DNA of 64,000 nt from an uncultured Candidatus Binatia bacterium (lineage in GTDB: Bacteria; Desulfobacterota; Binatia; UBA9968; JAJDTQ01). Shown piece by piece: positions 19,887-29,039 of this stretch. The stretch is from contig OZ244070.1 of assembly GCA_965215605.1 (NCBI GenBank), positions 3,680,001 to 3,744,000 on the forward strand, read 5' to 3'. Under the pieces are notes generated by a model. The model searched no databases. It saw only the letters and a list, made by a program, of their open reading frames with translations, and was not told the DNA's origin. A program made the position numbers and the translations under genes. Numbering within the stretch: position 1 is the first letter of the stretch; each line of letters begins with the position of its first letter.

Positions 19887-20663
19887 ATGGTCCGCAGGCA
19901 TCCCACGGCCGTGGTGGATCCAGCCGCCGAGCTGGACGACGACGTTGAAGTCGGCCCCTATTCCGTCATCGGCGGCGGGACAAGGATCGGAAAGGGGAGC
20001 CGGATAAAGTCCCATGTGGTCATCGAGGGAAACACCTGGATAGGCAAGGGCAACGTCATCCATCAGTTCGCCACCGTCGGCTCCGCCCCCCAGGATCTGA
20101 AATACCGGGGCGAGGACAGCCAATTGATCATCGGCGACGGGAACACGATCCGCGAGTTCGCCTCGCTCAATCCCGGCACCACGGGAGGGGGTCTGGTGAC
20201 CCGGATCGGACAGCGCAACCTGCTGATGATGCAATGCCACATCGGTCACGACTGCGTCATCGGCGACGACAACATCGTGGCCAACGGCGCCAGCCTCGCC
20301 GGCCATGTGGTGGTGGGAGACCATGTCATCATCGGAGGGCTCGTGGGAGTGCACCAGTTCGTCGCCATCGGCAGCGGCGCCATCATCGGGGCGGGTTCGA
20401 TGGTGTCCAAGGACGTGCCGCCCTACTGTAACGCCACCGGCGACCGGGTGCGGCTTCGCGGACTCAACTACGAAGGGCTCAAGCGGCGTGGCGTCGACAG
20501 ACAGCGCATCGACGCCCTCAGGCAGGTGTACCGTATCCTTTTCCAGTCGAAGCTGCGTTTGAAGCCGGCCCTGCTACGGGTCCGTCAGGAGATCCCCCGG
20601 ACCCATGAGGTGGAGGAGATGATCCGTTTCGTGGAAACCTCTCGACGGGGGGTCTGCCGCTAG
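19887..20663 (+). CDS. lpxA: acyl-ACP--UDP-GlcNAc acyltransferase
   Basis: HPTAVVD, PQDLKY, IREF, HIGHDC, LAGHV, VHQF, DVPPY. Confidence 0.95.
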   Translation: MVRRHPTAVVDPAAELDDDVEVGPYSVIGGGTRIGKGSRIKSHVVIEGNTWIGKGNVIHQFATVGSAPQDLKYRGEDSQLIIGDGNTIREFASLNPGTTGGGLVTRIGQRNLLMMQCHIGHDCVIGDDNIVANGASLAGHVVVGDHVIIGGLVGVHQFVAIGSGAIIGAGSMVSKDVPPYCNATGDRVRLRGLNYEGLKRRGVDRQRIDALRQVYRILFQSKLRLKPALLRVRQEIPRTHEVEEMIRFVETSRRGVCR

Positions 20664-21505
20664 TGCGCTTTTCCACCGAAATGGCCGTCGACAGGGTCGG
20701 CCTGATCGCGGGCAGCGGCCGCTTCCCGTTGATATTCGCCCAGAACGCGCGGGATTCCGGGGTCCGCGTGATCGCCGTGGCCCATCGCGGCGAAACGGCC
20801 GATGAGATCGAACGGTTCGCGCATGAAGTGACGTGGGTCCGTGTGGGACAGCTCGGGAGAATCATCCGCACCTTCCGGAAGGCGGAAGTCCGTCATGCCG
20901 TGATGGCGGGCGGCATCCGCAAGGTGCGGATGTTTTCGAACTTCAGGCCGGACCCCAGGGGCCTGGCCCTGCTGGCGCGGATGAAGCGCCGCGACGACGA
21001 CCATCTCCTGAGGGGCGTGGCCGCGGAACTCGAGAGCGAAGGAATTCATGTCCTGGAGTCGACGCTCTTCCTGGAGCGGATCATTCCCGCGGAGCCCGGC
21101 GTATTGACCCGGACCGGACCCACTCCCGAGCAGTGGAGGGATGTGCGTCTGGGAGTTCCCATGGTCAAGGCGCTGGGCCGGATGGGAGTCGGCCAGACGC
21201 TGGTGCTGAAGCAGGGGGTCGTCGTGGCGGTGGAGGCCATCGAGGGAACGGACGCCGCCATTCGCCGCGGCGGAAGCATCGCGGGCGGATCCGTGGTCGT
21301 GGTCAAGATGAGCAAACCGCAACAGGACCTGCGGTTCGATGTGCCGGCGGTGGGCCCCGACACCATCGAGGTGCTGCGGGAAGCGGGCGGCGGCGTGTTG
21401 GCCGTCGAGCACCGGCGATCGATTCTGCTGGACAGGGAAGAGCTGCTAGCGGCCGCTGACGCCGCGGGAATCGCCGTGGTCGCCGTGGCGCCGGATAGCG
21501 AATGA
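20663..21505 (+). CDS. lpxI: UDP-2,3-diacylglucosamine diphosphatase LpxI
   Basis: GLIAGSGRFP, AVEAIEGTD, KPQQDLRFDVPAVG. Start may be 20681. Confidence 0.9.
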   Translation: MRFSTEMAVDRVGLIAGSGRFPLIFAQNARDSGVRVIAVAHRGETADEIERFAHEVTWVRVGQLGRIIRTFRKAEVRHAVMAGGIRKVRMFSNFRPDPRGLALLARMKRRDDDHLLRGVAAELESEGIHVLESTLFLERIIPAEPGVLTRTGPTPEQWRDVRLGVPMVKALGRMGVGQTLVLKQGVVVAVEAIEGTDAAIRRGGSIAGGSVVVVKMSKPQQDLRFDVPAVGPDTIEVLREAGGGVLAVEHRRSILLDREELLAAADAAGIAVVAVAPDSE

Positions 21506-22428
21506 GCGAACGTATTGCCGCTGGAGTCGTCGGTCTGGGCTACGCGGGGAGCCTTCATGCAGCCAAGTATGCCGCTTTGGCTTCGGCCGAACTGGTCTCC
21601 GTCGCCGACATCGACGAGCGGCGCGCCCGGGAGACGGAGGAGCGCTATCAGGTGCCCGCGGTGACCGACTACCGGGAGCTTTTCGACAAGGTTCGCTGTG
21701 TCAGCATCGCGGTCCCGACTCAGCAGCACTACCAGGTCGCCCGGGATTTCCTGGCGGCCGGCATCGATGTCCTGGTGGAGAAGCCCATCACCTCCACCGT
21801 GGACGATGGTTGCCGGCTCGTGGAACTGGCGCGGCAGCAGGGCCGCATCCTGCAGGTGGGCCACCTCGAGCGTTTCAATCCGGTGGTGCGCGAGCTCGGC
21901 AAGGTCATCTCCGCGCCGAAGTTCGTCGAGTGTCACCGGCTGGCGCCCTTCATCACCCGGGGGACCGACGTCGATGTCGTCCTCGATCTGATGATCCACG
22001 ACATCGATGTCATCGCCAGCCTCGTGCGCGCCCCGGTGGCCAGCATCGATGCCAACGGCGTTGCCGTCCTCACGGACAAGCCGGACATCGCCAACGCGCG
22101 CATCCGTTTCGACGACGGCTGCGTCGCCAACGTGACGGCGAGCCGCGTCTCGATAAAGCGGGAACGCAAGATTCGTTTCTTTCAGCCGGACGCGTATATT
22201 TCCCTGGACTATGACGCCAAGACGGCACAGGTCTACCGCATGGAAGACCGGACCCGGGGCTGGGAGGGTATTCGGGGAGAGACCATCGCCACGGAGAACG
22301 GCGACGCCCTTCGAGACCAGATCGCGGCGTTTCTGGAGTCGGTGGCCACCCGAAGGACCCCGCTGGTAAGCGGAGAGGACGGGTTGCATGCGCTCCGGAT
22401 CGCATCGGCGATCAGCGAACGGCTCTGA
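21502..22428 (+). CDS. Gfo/Idh/MocA oxidoreductase, GnnA-like (UDP-GlcNAc 3-dehydrogenase)
   Basis: GLGYAG..HA, VEKP, QVGHLERFNP, DVVLDLMIHDID, TASRVS; located between lpxA/lpxI and lpxB. Confidence 0.75.
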   Translation: MSERIAAGVVGLGYAGSLHAAKYAALASAELVSVADIDERRARETEERYQVPAVTDYRELFDKVRCVSIAVPTQQHYQVARDFLAAGIDVLVEKPITSTVDDGCRLVELARQQGRILQVGHLERFNPVVRELGKVISAPKFVECHRLAPFITRGTDVDVVLDLMIHDIDVIASLVRAPVASIDANGVAVLTDKPDIANARIRFDDGCVANVTASRVSIKRERKIRFFQPDAYISLDYDAKTAQVYRMEDRTRGWEGIRGETIATENGDALRDQIAAFLESVATRRTPLVSGEDGLHALRIASAISERL

Positions 22429-23609
22429 TGGCTTGTCACGCTTCCGTAGATTCGGGATCGCCGAGCGTCATGCTGGTGGCCGGCGAAGCCTCGGGGGATG
22501 CCCGGGGAGCGGAGTTGGTACGCACCCTCCGACAGCGTAACCCGGGCATGGATGTGTTCGGCATGGGCGGAGGCCGCCTCCGGCACGCCGGCATGCGTGT
22601 GGTCTACGATGTCGCGAAAGTGGCCTCCGTGGGCCTATCGGAGGTGGCGGGAAACCTCCGCAACCTCTGGTTGGCCTACCGCCTGTTGCGCCGATTGCTG
22701 CTGGAGCGCCGCCCGGCCTTGCTCATCCTCATCGACTTCCCGGAATTCAACATGGCGCTCGCCCGCATCGCGCGGCGGCACGGCATCACGGTCCTTTACT
22801 ACATCAGCCCGCAGATCTGGGCGTGGCGCTCCTACCGCATCCGGAAGATCGCATCGAGAGTCGATGCCATGGCTGTGGTGTTTCCGTTCGAGGCGGACCT
22901 TTACAAGTCCTTCGGCATGAAGGAGGTGACGTTCGTGGGACACCCGCTGGTGGACGTCGTCAGCCCCGACCGGGACCGGGACGCGACCCTTCGGGGGCTG
23001 GGGCTGGACCGCGCCCGGCTCACGGTGGCCTTGATGCCCGGCAGCCGGAAGTCGGAGGTGGCTTCGCTGATCGGACCCATGGTGGAGGCGGCCGGCCGCC
23101 TGGCCCGGGAACGGGATGTGCAGTTCATTCTAATCCGTGCGGACACCATCGAACGAAGCGATCTGGAGCGGGCCGTGGCGGGATCGTCCATCACCGCCCG
23201 TATCGTCGACGGAGACGTCTACAACATGCTGGCGGCGGCCGATCTCGTTTGGGTGGCTTCCGGAACCGCGACGTTGGAGGCCGGCTTGCTGACAAAGCCC
23301 ATGGTCATCACCTATCGGCTGTCGCCGCTGAGTTATTGGCTCGGCCGTCGCCTCATCCGGGTGAACGACATCGGCATGATAAACATCGTCGCCGGGGAGC
23401 GGGTGGTCCCCGAGCTCCTTCAGAACGAGGTCACCGCCGACCGCATCCTCGCCGAGACCCGACGCATGCTGCAGCCGGAGGTCCGTCAGGCCGTGGTTGG
23501 GAAGCTTGCCGGGGTGCGGGGTCTGCTGGGCCCCCCGGGAGCGCCGGGACGTGTGGCGGACATGGTCATGGAACTGCTGGCCCAGACCGGCGCACGGGCT
23601 CGAGGATGA
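22428..23609 (+). CDS. lpxB: lipid-A-disaccharide synthase
   Basis: AGEASGD, IDFPEFN, SPQIWAWR, FPFE, FVGHPL, PGSR, SGTATLE, PELLQ. Confidence 0.95.
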   Translation: MACHASVDSGSPSVMLVAGEASGDARGAELVRTLRQRNPGMDVFGMGGGRLRHAGMRVVYDVAKVASVGLSEVAGNLRNLWLAYRLLRRLLLERRPALLILIDFPEFNMALARIARRHGITVLYYISPQIWAWRSYRIRKIASRVDAMAVVFPFEADLYKSFGMKEVTFVGHPLVDVVSPDRDRDATLRGLGLDRARLTVALMPGSRKSEVASLIGPMVEAAGRLARERDVQFILIRADTIERSDLERAVAGSSITARIVDGDVYNMLAAADLVWVASGTATLEAGLLTKPMVITYRLSPLSYWLGRRLIRVNDIGMINIVAGERVVPELLQNEVTADRILAETRRMLQPEVRQAVVGKLAGVRGLLGPPGAPGRVADMVMELLAQTGARARG

Positions 23610-25348
23610 AGGTCTACATCCGCCTGCTCCACTACCTGAGGCCGTACCTATGGCCGTATTTCTGCGGCGGCATTCTCTGCATGCTCCTGTTCAGCGGCTC
23701 TACCGGGTTTTTCCCGTTCGTGGTCCGGGACGCGATGGACCAGATGTTCCTTCACAAAGACCGCGCGATGCTGGTGTACATTCCCTTGGCGATCGTGGCC
23801 GTCTTCACCCTTCGCGCCCTGCTCAACTTCGGCCAGAGCTACCTGATGGAGTGCGTCGGACAGCGGATCGTCCGGGATCTGCGCGCGGTCCTGTGCGAGA
23901 AGCTCCAGTGGCTCTCGCTGTCGTATATCCATCGGCATCCCACCGGGACGCTGTTGTCGCGGGTGACCAACGACGTCATGCTGGTGCGCAACGCCCTCAC
24001 CAGCACGGTGGTCTCGGTGGCCCGCAACAGTACTTCCGTGCTGGTGCTGACAGCGGTGGCCTTTTACATGGACTGGTTCCTGGCATCCATAGCGTTCGTG
24101 GTGTTTCCCGCCGCGGTGCTGCCGGTCCGACGGCTCGCCGGACGCGTCAAGAGTGCCACCACGAGAACCCAGGTGAGCATGGGCCTGTTGACCGCGATTC
24201 TCCAGGAGAGTCTTCAGGGCAGCTCCATCGTCAAGGCGTTCGGCATGGAGCGCCACGAGATGGCCCGGTTCAACCGCGAGAACCGCGAGATCCTGCGCCA
24301 CCAGTTGAGAGCCAGCCGCGCCAAGGCCATCATGCCCGCGGCCATGGAGATCCTTGCGGGACTGGGCATTGCGGGGGTGGTCTGGTACGGCGGCAACGCG
24401 GTCATGGAGGGCGGACGTACGGCGGGCGAGTTCTTCGCCTTTATCACCGCCATGTTCCTGACCTACGAGCCCTTCAAGCGCCTGACGCAAGCCGTTCCCG
24501 AGATCTACCAGGGTATCGTCGGCGGGGAGCGGGTCTTCGAGTTGCTGGACGCGCCGTTGGACATCGCCGACGCGGCGGACGCGGCGCCGGCGCGGGCCTT
24601 CGCCGACCGCATCGCCTTCCGGAACGTGGCTTTCGGCTACCACGCCGAGCCGGTGCTGACCGGGATCGACATCGAAATCCGGCGCGGCGAGATGGTGGCC
24701 CTGGTGGGTATGAGCGGAGCCGGCAAGACGACGCTCTCCGCCCTGGTGCCGCGTTTCTACGACGTGTCCTCGGGCTGTATCACCCTGGACGGCGTCGACA
24801 TCCGCAAGCTTACGCTCGAATCCCTTCGCCGCCAGATCGCCATCGTTACCCAGCACACCTTTCTCTTCAACGACACCGTCCGGAACAACATCTCCTATGG
24901 AGATCCGTCCAAGGACATGGAGGAGATCATCAAGGCCGCCAAGGCCGCCAATGCACACGACTTCATCGTGGGCTTGCCGTCGGCGTACGAAACCCTCATT
25001 GGAGAGATGGGTCTGAGACTTTCGGGAGGACAGCGGCAACGAATCGCCATCGCCCGGGCGGTGCTCAAGAACGCCCCCATCCTGATCCTCGATGAAGCCA
25101 CCTCGTCATTGGATTCCGAATCGGAGCGGCTGGTCCAGGATGCCCTCGACGGCCTCATGGAGAACCGCACAAGCCTCGTCGTCGCCCATCGCTTCTCGAC
25201 CATCTGCAACGCCACCCGCATCGTGGTGCTGGCCGAAGGAAGGGTCGTGGAAGAAGGGACGCACCAGGAATTGCTGGCAACGGGAAGAGAGTACAGTCTT
25301 CTCTACAATCTCCAGACCATGGAAGGGAGTGAGTCGGACGCGCTCTGA
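23606..25348 (+). CDS. msbA: lipid A flippase, MsbA-type ABC exporter
   Basis: N-terminal transmembrane domain plus GMSGAGKTT, LSGGQRQRIAIARA, LDEATSSLD; lpxB-waaA-lpxK context. Confidence 0.88.
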   Translation: MKVYIRLLHYLRPYLWPYFCGGILCMLLFSGSTGFFPFVVRDAMDQMFLHKDRAMLVYIPLAIVAVFTLRALLNFGQSYLMECVGQRIVRDLRAVLCEKLQWLSLSYIHRHPTGTLLSRVTNDVMLVRNALTSTVVSVARNSTSVLVLTAVAFYMDWFLASIAFVVFPAAVLPVRRLAGRVKSATTRTQVSMGLLTAILQESLQGSSIVKAFGMERHEMARFNRENREILRHQLRASRAKAIMPAAMEILAGLGIAGVVWYGGNAVMEGGRTAGEFFAFITAMFLTYEPFKRLTQAVPEIYQGIVGGERVFELLDAPLDIADAADAAPARAFADRIAFRNVAFGYHAEPVLTGIDIEIRRGEMVALVGMSGAGKTTLSALVPRFYDVSSGCITLDGVDIRKLTLESLRRQIAIVTQHTFLFNDTVRNNISYGDPSKDMEEIIKAAKAANAHDFIVGLPSAYETLIGEMGLRLSGGQRQRIAIARAVLKNAPILILDEATSSLDSESERLVQDALDGLMENRTSLVVAHRFSTICNATRIVVLAEGRVVEEGTHQELLATGREYSLLYNLQTMEGSESDAL

Positions 25349-25391
25349 GTCCTGCGCGCGGGACGGAGTCCGCCGACGGAGCGGCACGCTG

Positions 25392-26687
25392 GTGTTGGCC
25401 CTTTACAATACACTTCTACATGCGGGACTGATCCTGGGCCTTCTGCTTTGGCCCCTGGGGCTTTTGTCGCGGCGACGTCCGTATCGGGGGTTGGGAGAGC
25501 GCTTCACCTGTTATCCCCCGAAGCTCCTGGCGGCCCTCGCGGGTTCCCGGCCGATCTGGATTCATGCCGCCTCGGTGGGTGAGGTGCGGTCCGCCGCCGC
25601 GCTGGTACGGGGGATAAGGACGGCGCTGCCGGACCGCAGGCTGCTGGTGTCGACGATGACGGCCACCGGACGCCGGACCGCCCGCGACCTGTTGTCCGAG
25701 GTCGACGGCGTCACGTATTTGCCGCTGGATCTTCCTTGGCTGGTGTCGCGCAGCCTGCGGCGCTTCCGCCCCGAGGCCATCATCCTGCTGGAAACCGAGA
25801 TATGGCCGAATTTCATTCACACCGCCCGCGGACTGGGAATTCCGACGGTGGTGCTGAGCGGACGCTTGTCGCCGCATTCCGCCCGGCGATACCAGCGTTT
25901 CCGGGGACTGTTCGGGCCGGTCTTGAATGCGGTGTCGGAGTTCGGCATGCAAGACGACGAGAGTGCGGGCCGTGTCCGCCGTCTGGGGGTGGACCCCGCC
26001 AGGGTCGCCGTCACGGGCAATCTGAAAAACGCGGAGACGGGACCGGGGCCGATTCCGGACCCCTTCGGTCCGGGTGGCGGACATGGCCCGGTGGTGGTGG
26101 CCGGCAGCACCCACCGGGGCGAAGAAGAGATCCTCCTGGATGTCCTTCCCGACCTGCGCCGCCTGCATCCGGAGCTTGTCATGATTCTCGCCCCGCGCCA
26201 TCCGGAACGGTTCCGCGACGTGGAGCGGCTGCTCCAGGAGCGAAAGCTGGACTACCGCAAGCGGACCGGCATGAACGGTCTGCGGCCCGGCGACAGCCAT
26301 GTGCTGTTGCTGGACACGCTGGGTGAGTTGCCGCGCTTCTATGGCTGTGCGACGGTGGCCTTCGTGGGCGGCACCCTGGTGCCGGCGGGAGGACACAATC
26401 TCATGGAACCGGCTCGTTGGGGTAAACCGGTGATCTTCGGCCCGCACCAGACCAACATCGCGGAGACCGCCCGAAAGATGCTGGAGCGGGGCGGCGGCGT
26501 GGAGATCCACGACCGCCAGGATCTGTTCAGGGAGATAGCGGAACTGCTGTCGGATCCGGCCCGCGCGGCGGCTATGGGCAGCCGTGCCCGCCAAGTGGTG
26601 GAGGCGGACGGTGACGTGGTGTCGCGCAGCATGGGTCTGATCCGCCGGCAGCTTCAGGACGCTCCATCGCATGGCGGCGTCGAGTAG
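25392..26687 (+). CDS. waaA: Kdo transferase
   Basis: IWIHAASVGE, ETEIWPN, AGSTHRGEE, PRHPERF, DTLGEL, GGHNLMEPA. Confidence 0.93.
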   Translation: MLALYNTLLHAGLILGLLLWPLGLLSRRRPYRGLGERFTCYPPKLLAALAGSRPIWIHAASVGEVRSAAALVRGIRTALPDRRLLVSTMTATGRRTARDLLSEVDGVTYLPLDLPWLVSRSLRRFRPEAIILLETEIWPNFIHTARGLGIPTVVLSGRLSPHSARRYQRFRGLFGPVLNAVSEFGMQDDESAGRVRRLGVDPARVAVTGNLKNAETGPGPIPDPFGPGGGHGPVVVAGSTHRGEEEILLDVLPDLRRLHPELVMILAPRHPERFRDVERLLQERKLDYRKRTGMNGLRPGDSHVLLLDTLGELPRFYGCATVAFVGGTLVPAGGHNLMEPARWGKPVIFGPHQTNIAETARKMLERGGGVEIHDRQDLFREIAELLSDPARAAAMGSRARQVVEADGDVVSRSMGLIRRQLQDAPSHGGVE

Positions 26688-27786
26688 GCGATGGACCCGT
26701 GTGATCCGGCGCGCCTGGAGCCGGCGCGGCATCGGCGGCTGGTGCCTATGGGGGTTGTTGTGGCCCGGGAGCATGATCTTCCGCCTCCTGGTGGGTCTGC
26801 GAAACGTCCTGTACGACATCCGCTGCCTGAACGCCCGGAAACTGGCGCTTCCGGTGGTCAGCGTCGGGAACCTCACCGTGGGCGGCACGGGCAAGACGCC
26901 GACCACTTTGTGGCTGGCGCAGAACCTGCGCCGCCGGGGCCTCAATGCGGCGATCCTGACCCGTGGCTACGGCGGGCCTTCAAAGGGTCGGCCGCCGGGG
27001 CGGATCGATCCCGAAACCGCGCGCGGGTGGCTGAAGGAGCCCGGGGGCGAACCCCTCGATTACGGCGACGAGCCGGTCATGCTGAGCGCCCTGTACGGGC
27101 AAACCGTGGGGGTCGGCGGCGATCGTCATCGAGCCGCAATGGAGTTCAGCACGGAACCCGGAGACTTCCACCTCTTTCTGCTGGATGACGGTTTCCAGCA
27201 CCGTCGGGTGGCGAGGGATGTGGATCTGCTCCTCCTCGGTTCCGACCACGACGGCTCGGTGTTGCCCGCGGGGCCCTTCCGGGAGCCGCTCCGCAGCGCG
27301 CGGCGGGCCGATATCCTGGTGGTCACCGGGGCCCACGACCGATGGCGGGCCCTGCTCCGCGGCCGTTGCGACGGCGCCAGGGTCTTCTACGCCGCTCTCG
27401 AACCCCGGGCGGTCCTCACCCGCACGGACGAGGGGCTGACCGAACTGACCCTCGGCACCCTGGCGGGCGCGCGGGTGCTGGCGGTTTCGGCTGTTGCCAA
27501 CCCGGGGTCCTTCTATGCCATGCTCCGTGACTGCGAAGCCACCGTCGTCGATACGCTGGAATTTGCCGATCACCACCGGTACTCGGAGAAGGATTGGCGT
27601 GAAATCAACCGCCATCGGAACGGGGTCGACAGGATCGTGACCACCGAGAAGGATTTCGTGAAGCTGGCGCGGTTTCCCTTTTCGAGCGGGAGAATGCTGG
27701 CCTTGCGGGTGCAGATGTCCATCGACCGGCCGGAGACGCTGCTCAACCGTATCACGGAGGTCGTGGAGAGGGCTCGCGCGAAATGA
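26671..27786 (+). CDS. lpxK: tetraacyldisaccharide 4'-kinase
   Basis: VGNLTVGGTGKTP, RGYG, GDEP, LDDGFQH, PAGPFREP, FADHH, TTEKD. Confidence 0.95.
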   Translation: MAASSRRWTRVIRRAWSRRGIGGWCLWGLLWPGSMIFRLLVGLRNVLYDIRCLNARKLALPVVSVGNLTVGGTGKTPTTLWLAQNLRRRGLNAAILTRGYGGPSKGRPPGRIDPETARGWLKEPGGEPLDYGDEPVMLSALYGQTVGVGGDRHRAAMEFSTEPGDFHLFLLDDGFQHRRVARDVDLLLLGSDHDGSVLPAGPFREPLRSARRADILVVTGAHDRWRALLRGRCDGARVFYAALEPRAVLTRTDEGLTELTLGTLAGARVLAVSAVANPGSFYAMLRDCEATVVDTLEFADHHRYSEKDWREINRHRNGVDRIVTTEKDFVKLARFPFSSGRMLALRVQMSIDRPETLLNRITEVVERARAK

Positions 27787-28580
27787 CGCCGAGGCCCGTG
27801 GGAGATCGTCGCAGCCGTGCCACTCTCCCCGGCATGTCGTGCGGCGGAGTTCCGGAAGGATTCGTGCCGGCGGCCCCCGGACCCGGTTTGAACATGCTGG
27901 TGGCTCGGGGCCTGGATGCAAGCGCGCTGGCCTCACGGATCCTGGCGCCTCCGGACGGGTCCGCGCCGGCGCGCTATTTCGGCCGTGCCGGCCTGCATGT
28001 CGTGCCGCTCCCGGGCGGCGATGGGGTGATTCGTTCCTACCGTCATGGCGGCGTGCTGCGAGGGTTGACGCGGGAGTGGTTCGTGAGCCGACCCCCCCGG
28101 CCGTTCGCGGAGCTGGCCGTGACGGTGGCTGCCCGGGAACGAGGAGTGGCGGCCCCGGAGGCGCTGGCCGCCCTGGTGGCGCGGGGGTTCGGTCCCTGGT
28201 ATCGGGGCTGGCTGGTGACGCGGGAGTTGAAGAACGCGCGGAATCTCTGGGCCGAGCTGCAGCGGGAACTTGCGCCCGCAATGAAGCAGGCTCTCCTCCG
28301 CCGGACCGGCCGTTCGCTGCGCTTCATGCACGCCCGCGGCATCGACCATGCGGATCTCAATCTTCGCAACATCCTCGTCCGTCACGAACGCTCGCGCCCG
28401 GAGATCCATGTCATCGACTTCGACAGGGCGCGCCTCTTCTCCGGGCCGGTGCCGGCCGCAAGGGCACGGCGCAACCTGCGCCGGTTGCTGAGATCGGTGA
28501 ACAAGCTCGATCCCGATCGCGCGCACCTCGGGCCGGACGACTGGGACCGTCTCCTGGAAGCCTATGACTCGGCCGGTTGA
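27783..28580 (+). CDS. Kdo kinase (KdkA/InaA LPS kinase family)
   Basis: GR...R.YRHGG, RPFAEL, HADLNLRNIL, IDFD, NLRRLLRSVNK; follows waaA-lpxK. Confidence 0.8.
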   Translation: MTPRPVGDRRSRATLPGMSCGGVPEGFVPAAPGPGLNMLVARGLDASALASRILAPPDGSAPARYFGRAGLHVVPLPGGDGVIRSYRHGGVLRGLTREWFVSRPPRPFAELAVTVAARERGVAAPEALAALVARGFGPWYRGWLVTRELKNARNLWAELQRELAPAMKQALLRRTGRSLRFMHARGIDHADLNLRNILVRHERSRPEIHVIDFDRARLFSGPVPAARARRNLRRLLRSVNKLDPDRAHLGPDDWDRLLEAYDSAG

Positions 28581-28603
28581 CGGTTCGGGCACGCGGTTCA
28601 GGT

Positions 28604-28632
28604 TTGCATTGCATCGTACGCGGAGATACTAT
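28604..28632 (+). promoter_or_regulatory. sigma70-like promoter of RRM gene 1
   Basis: TTGCAT (28604-28609), 17-nt spacer, TACTAT (28627-28632). Confidence 0.55.
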
Positions 28633-28700
28633 GGCGGCGGATCGAGGATCTGCCATCGGTTCCGGATAGGGTATCCGCATCGTGAACACGGAGTATCGCC

Positions 28701-28964
28701 ATGGGTGACAGACTATACGTGAGTGGACTTCCATACGCCGTCACCGAGGCCCAGTTGCATGACCTCTTCGCAGGGCACGGCACCGTGGCATCGGCCAGAA
28801 TCATCACCGACCGCTTCAGCGGCCGGTCCCGCGGCTTCGGGTTCGTCGAGATGGGCTCCGAGGCGGAGGCCAGGGCTGCCATGGAGGCACTGGACGGCAC
28901 GGAGCTTCAGGGGCGGATGCTGAAGGTGAACGAGGCCCATGAAAGACGCGAGAGAGATACCTGA
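28701..28964 (+). CDS. single-RRM RNA-binding protein
   Basis: RNP2 LYVSGL and RNP1 RGFGFVEM. Confidence 0.92.
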   Translation: MGDRLYVSGLPYAVTEAQLHDLFAGHGTVASARIITDRFSGRSRGFGFVEMGSEAEARAAMEALDGTELQGRMLKVNEAHERRERDT

Positions 28965-28998
28965 GGGGCCGATCCGGCAGCGAGGAAACCAACCGGGA

Positions 28999-29029
28999 GG
29001 GGCGGCGGAAGCGCCGCCCCCTTGTTTTT
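28999..29029 (+). terminator. intrinsic terminator
   Basis: GGGGCGGCG-GAAG-CGCCGCCCC stem-loop followed by CTTGTTTTT. Confidence 0.75.
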
Positions 29030-29039
29030 GGAGCGTTCA

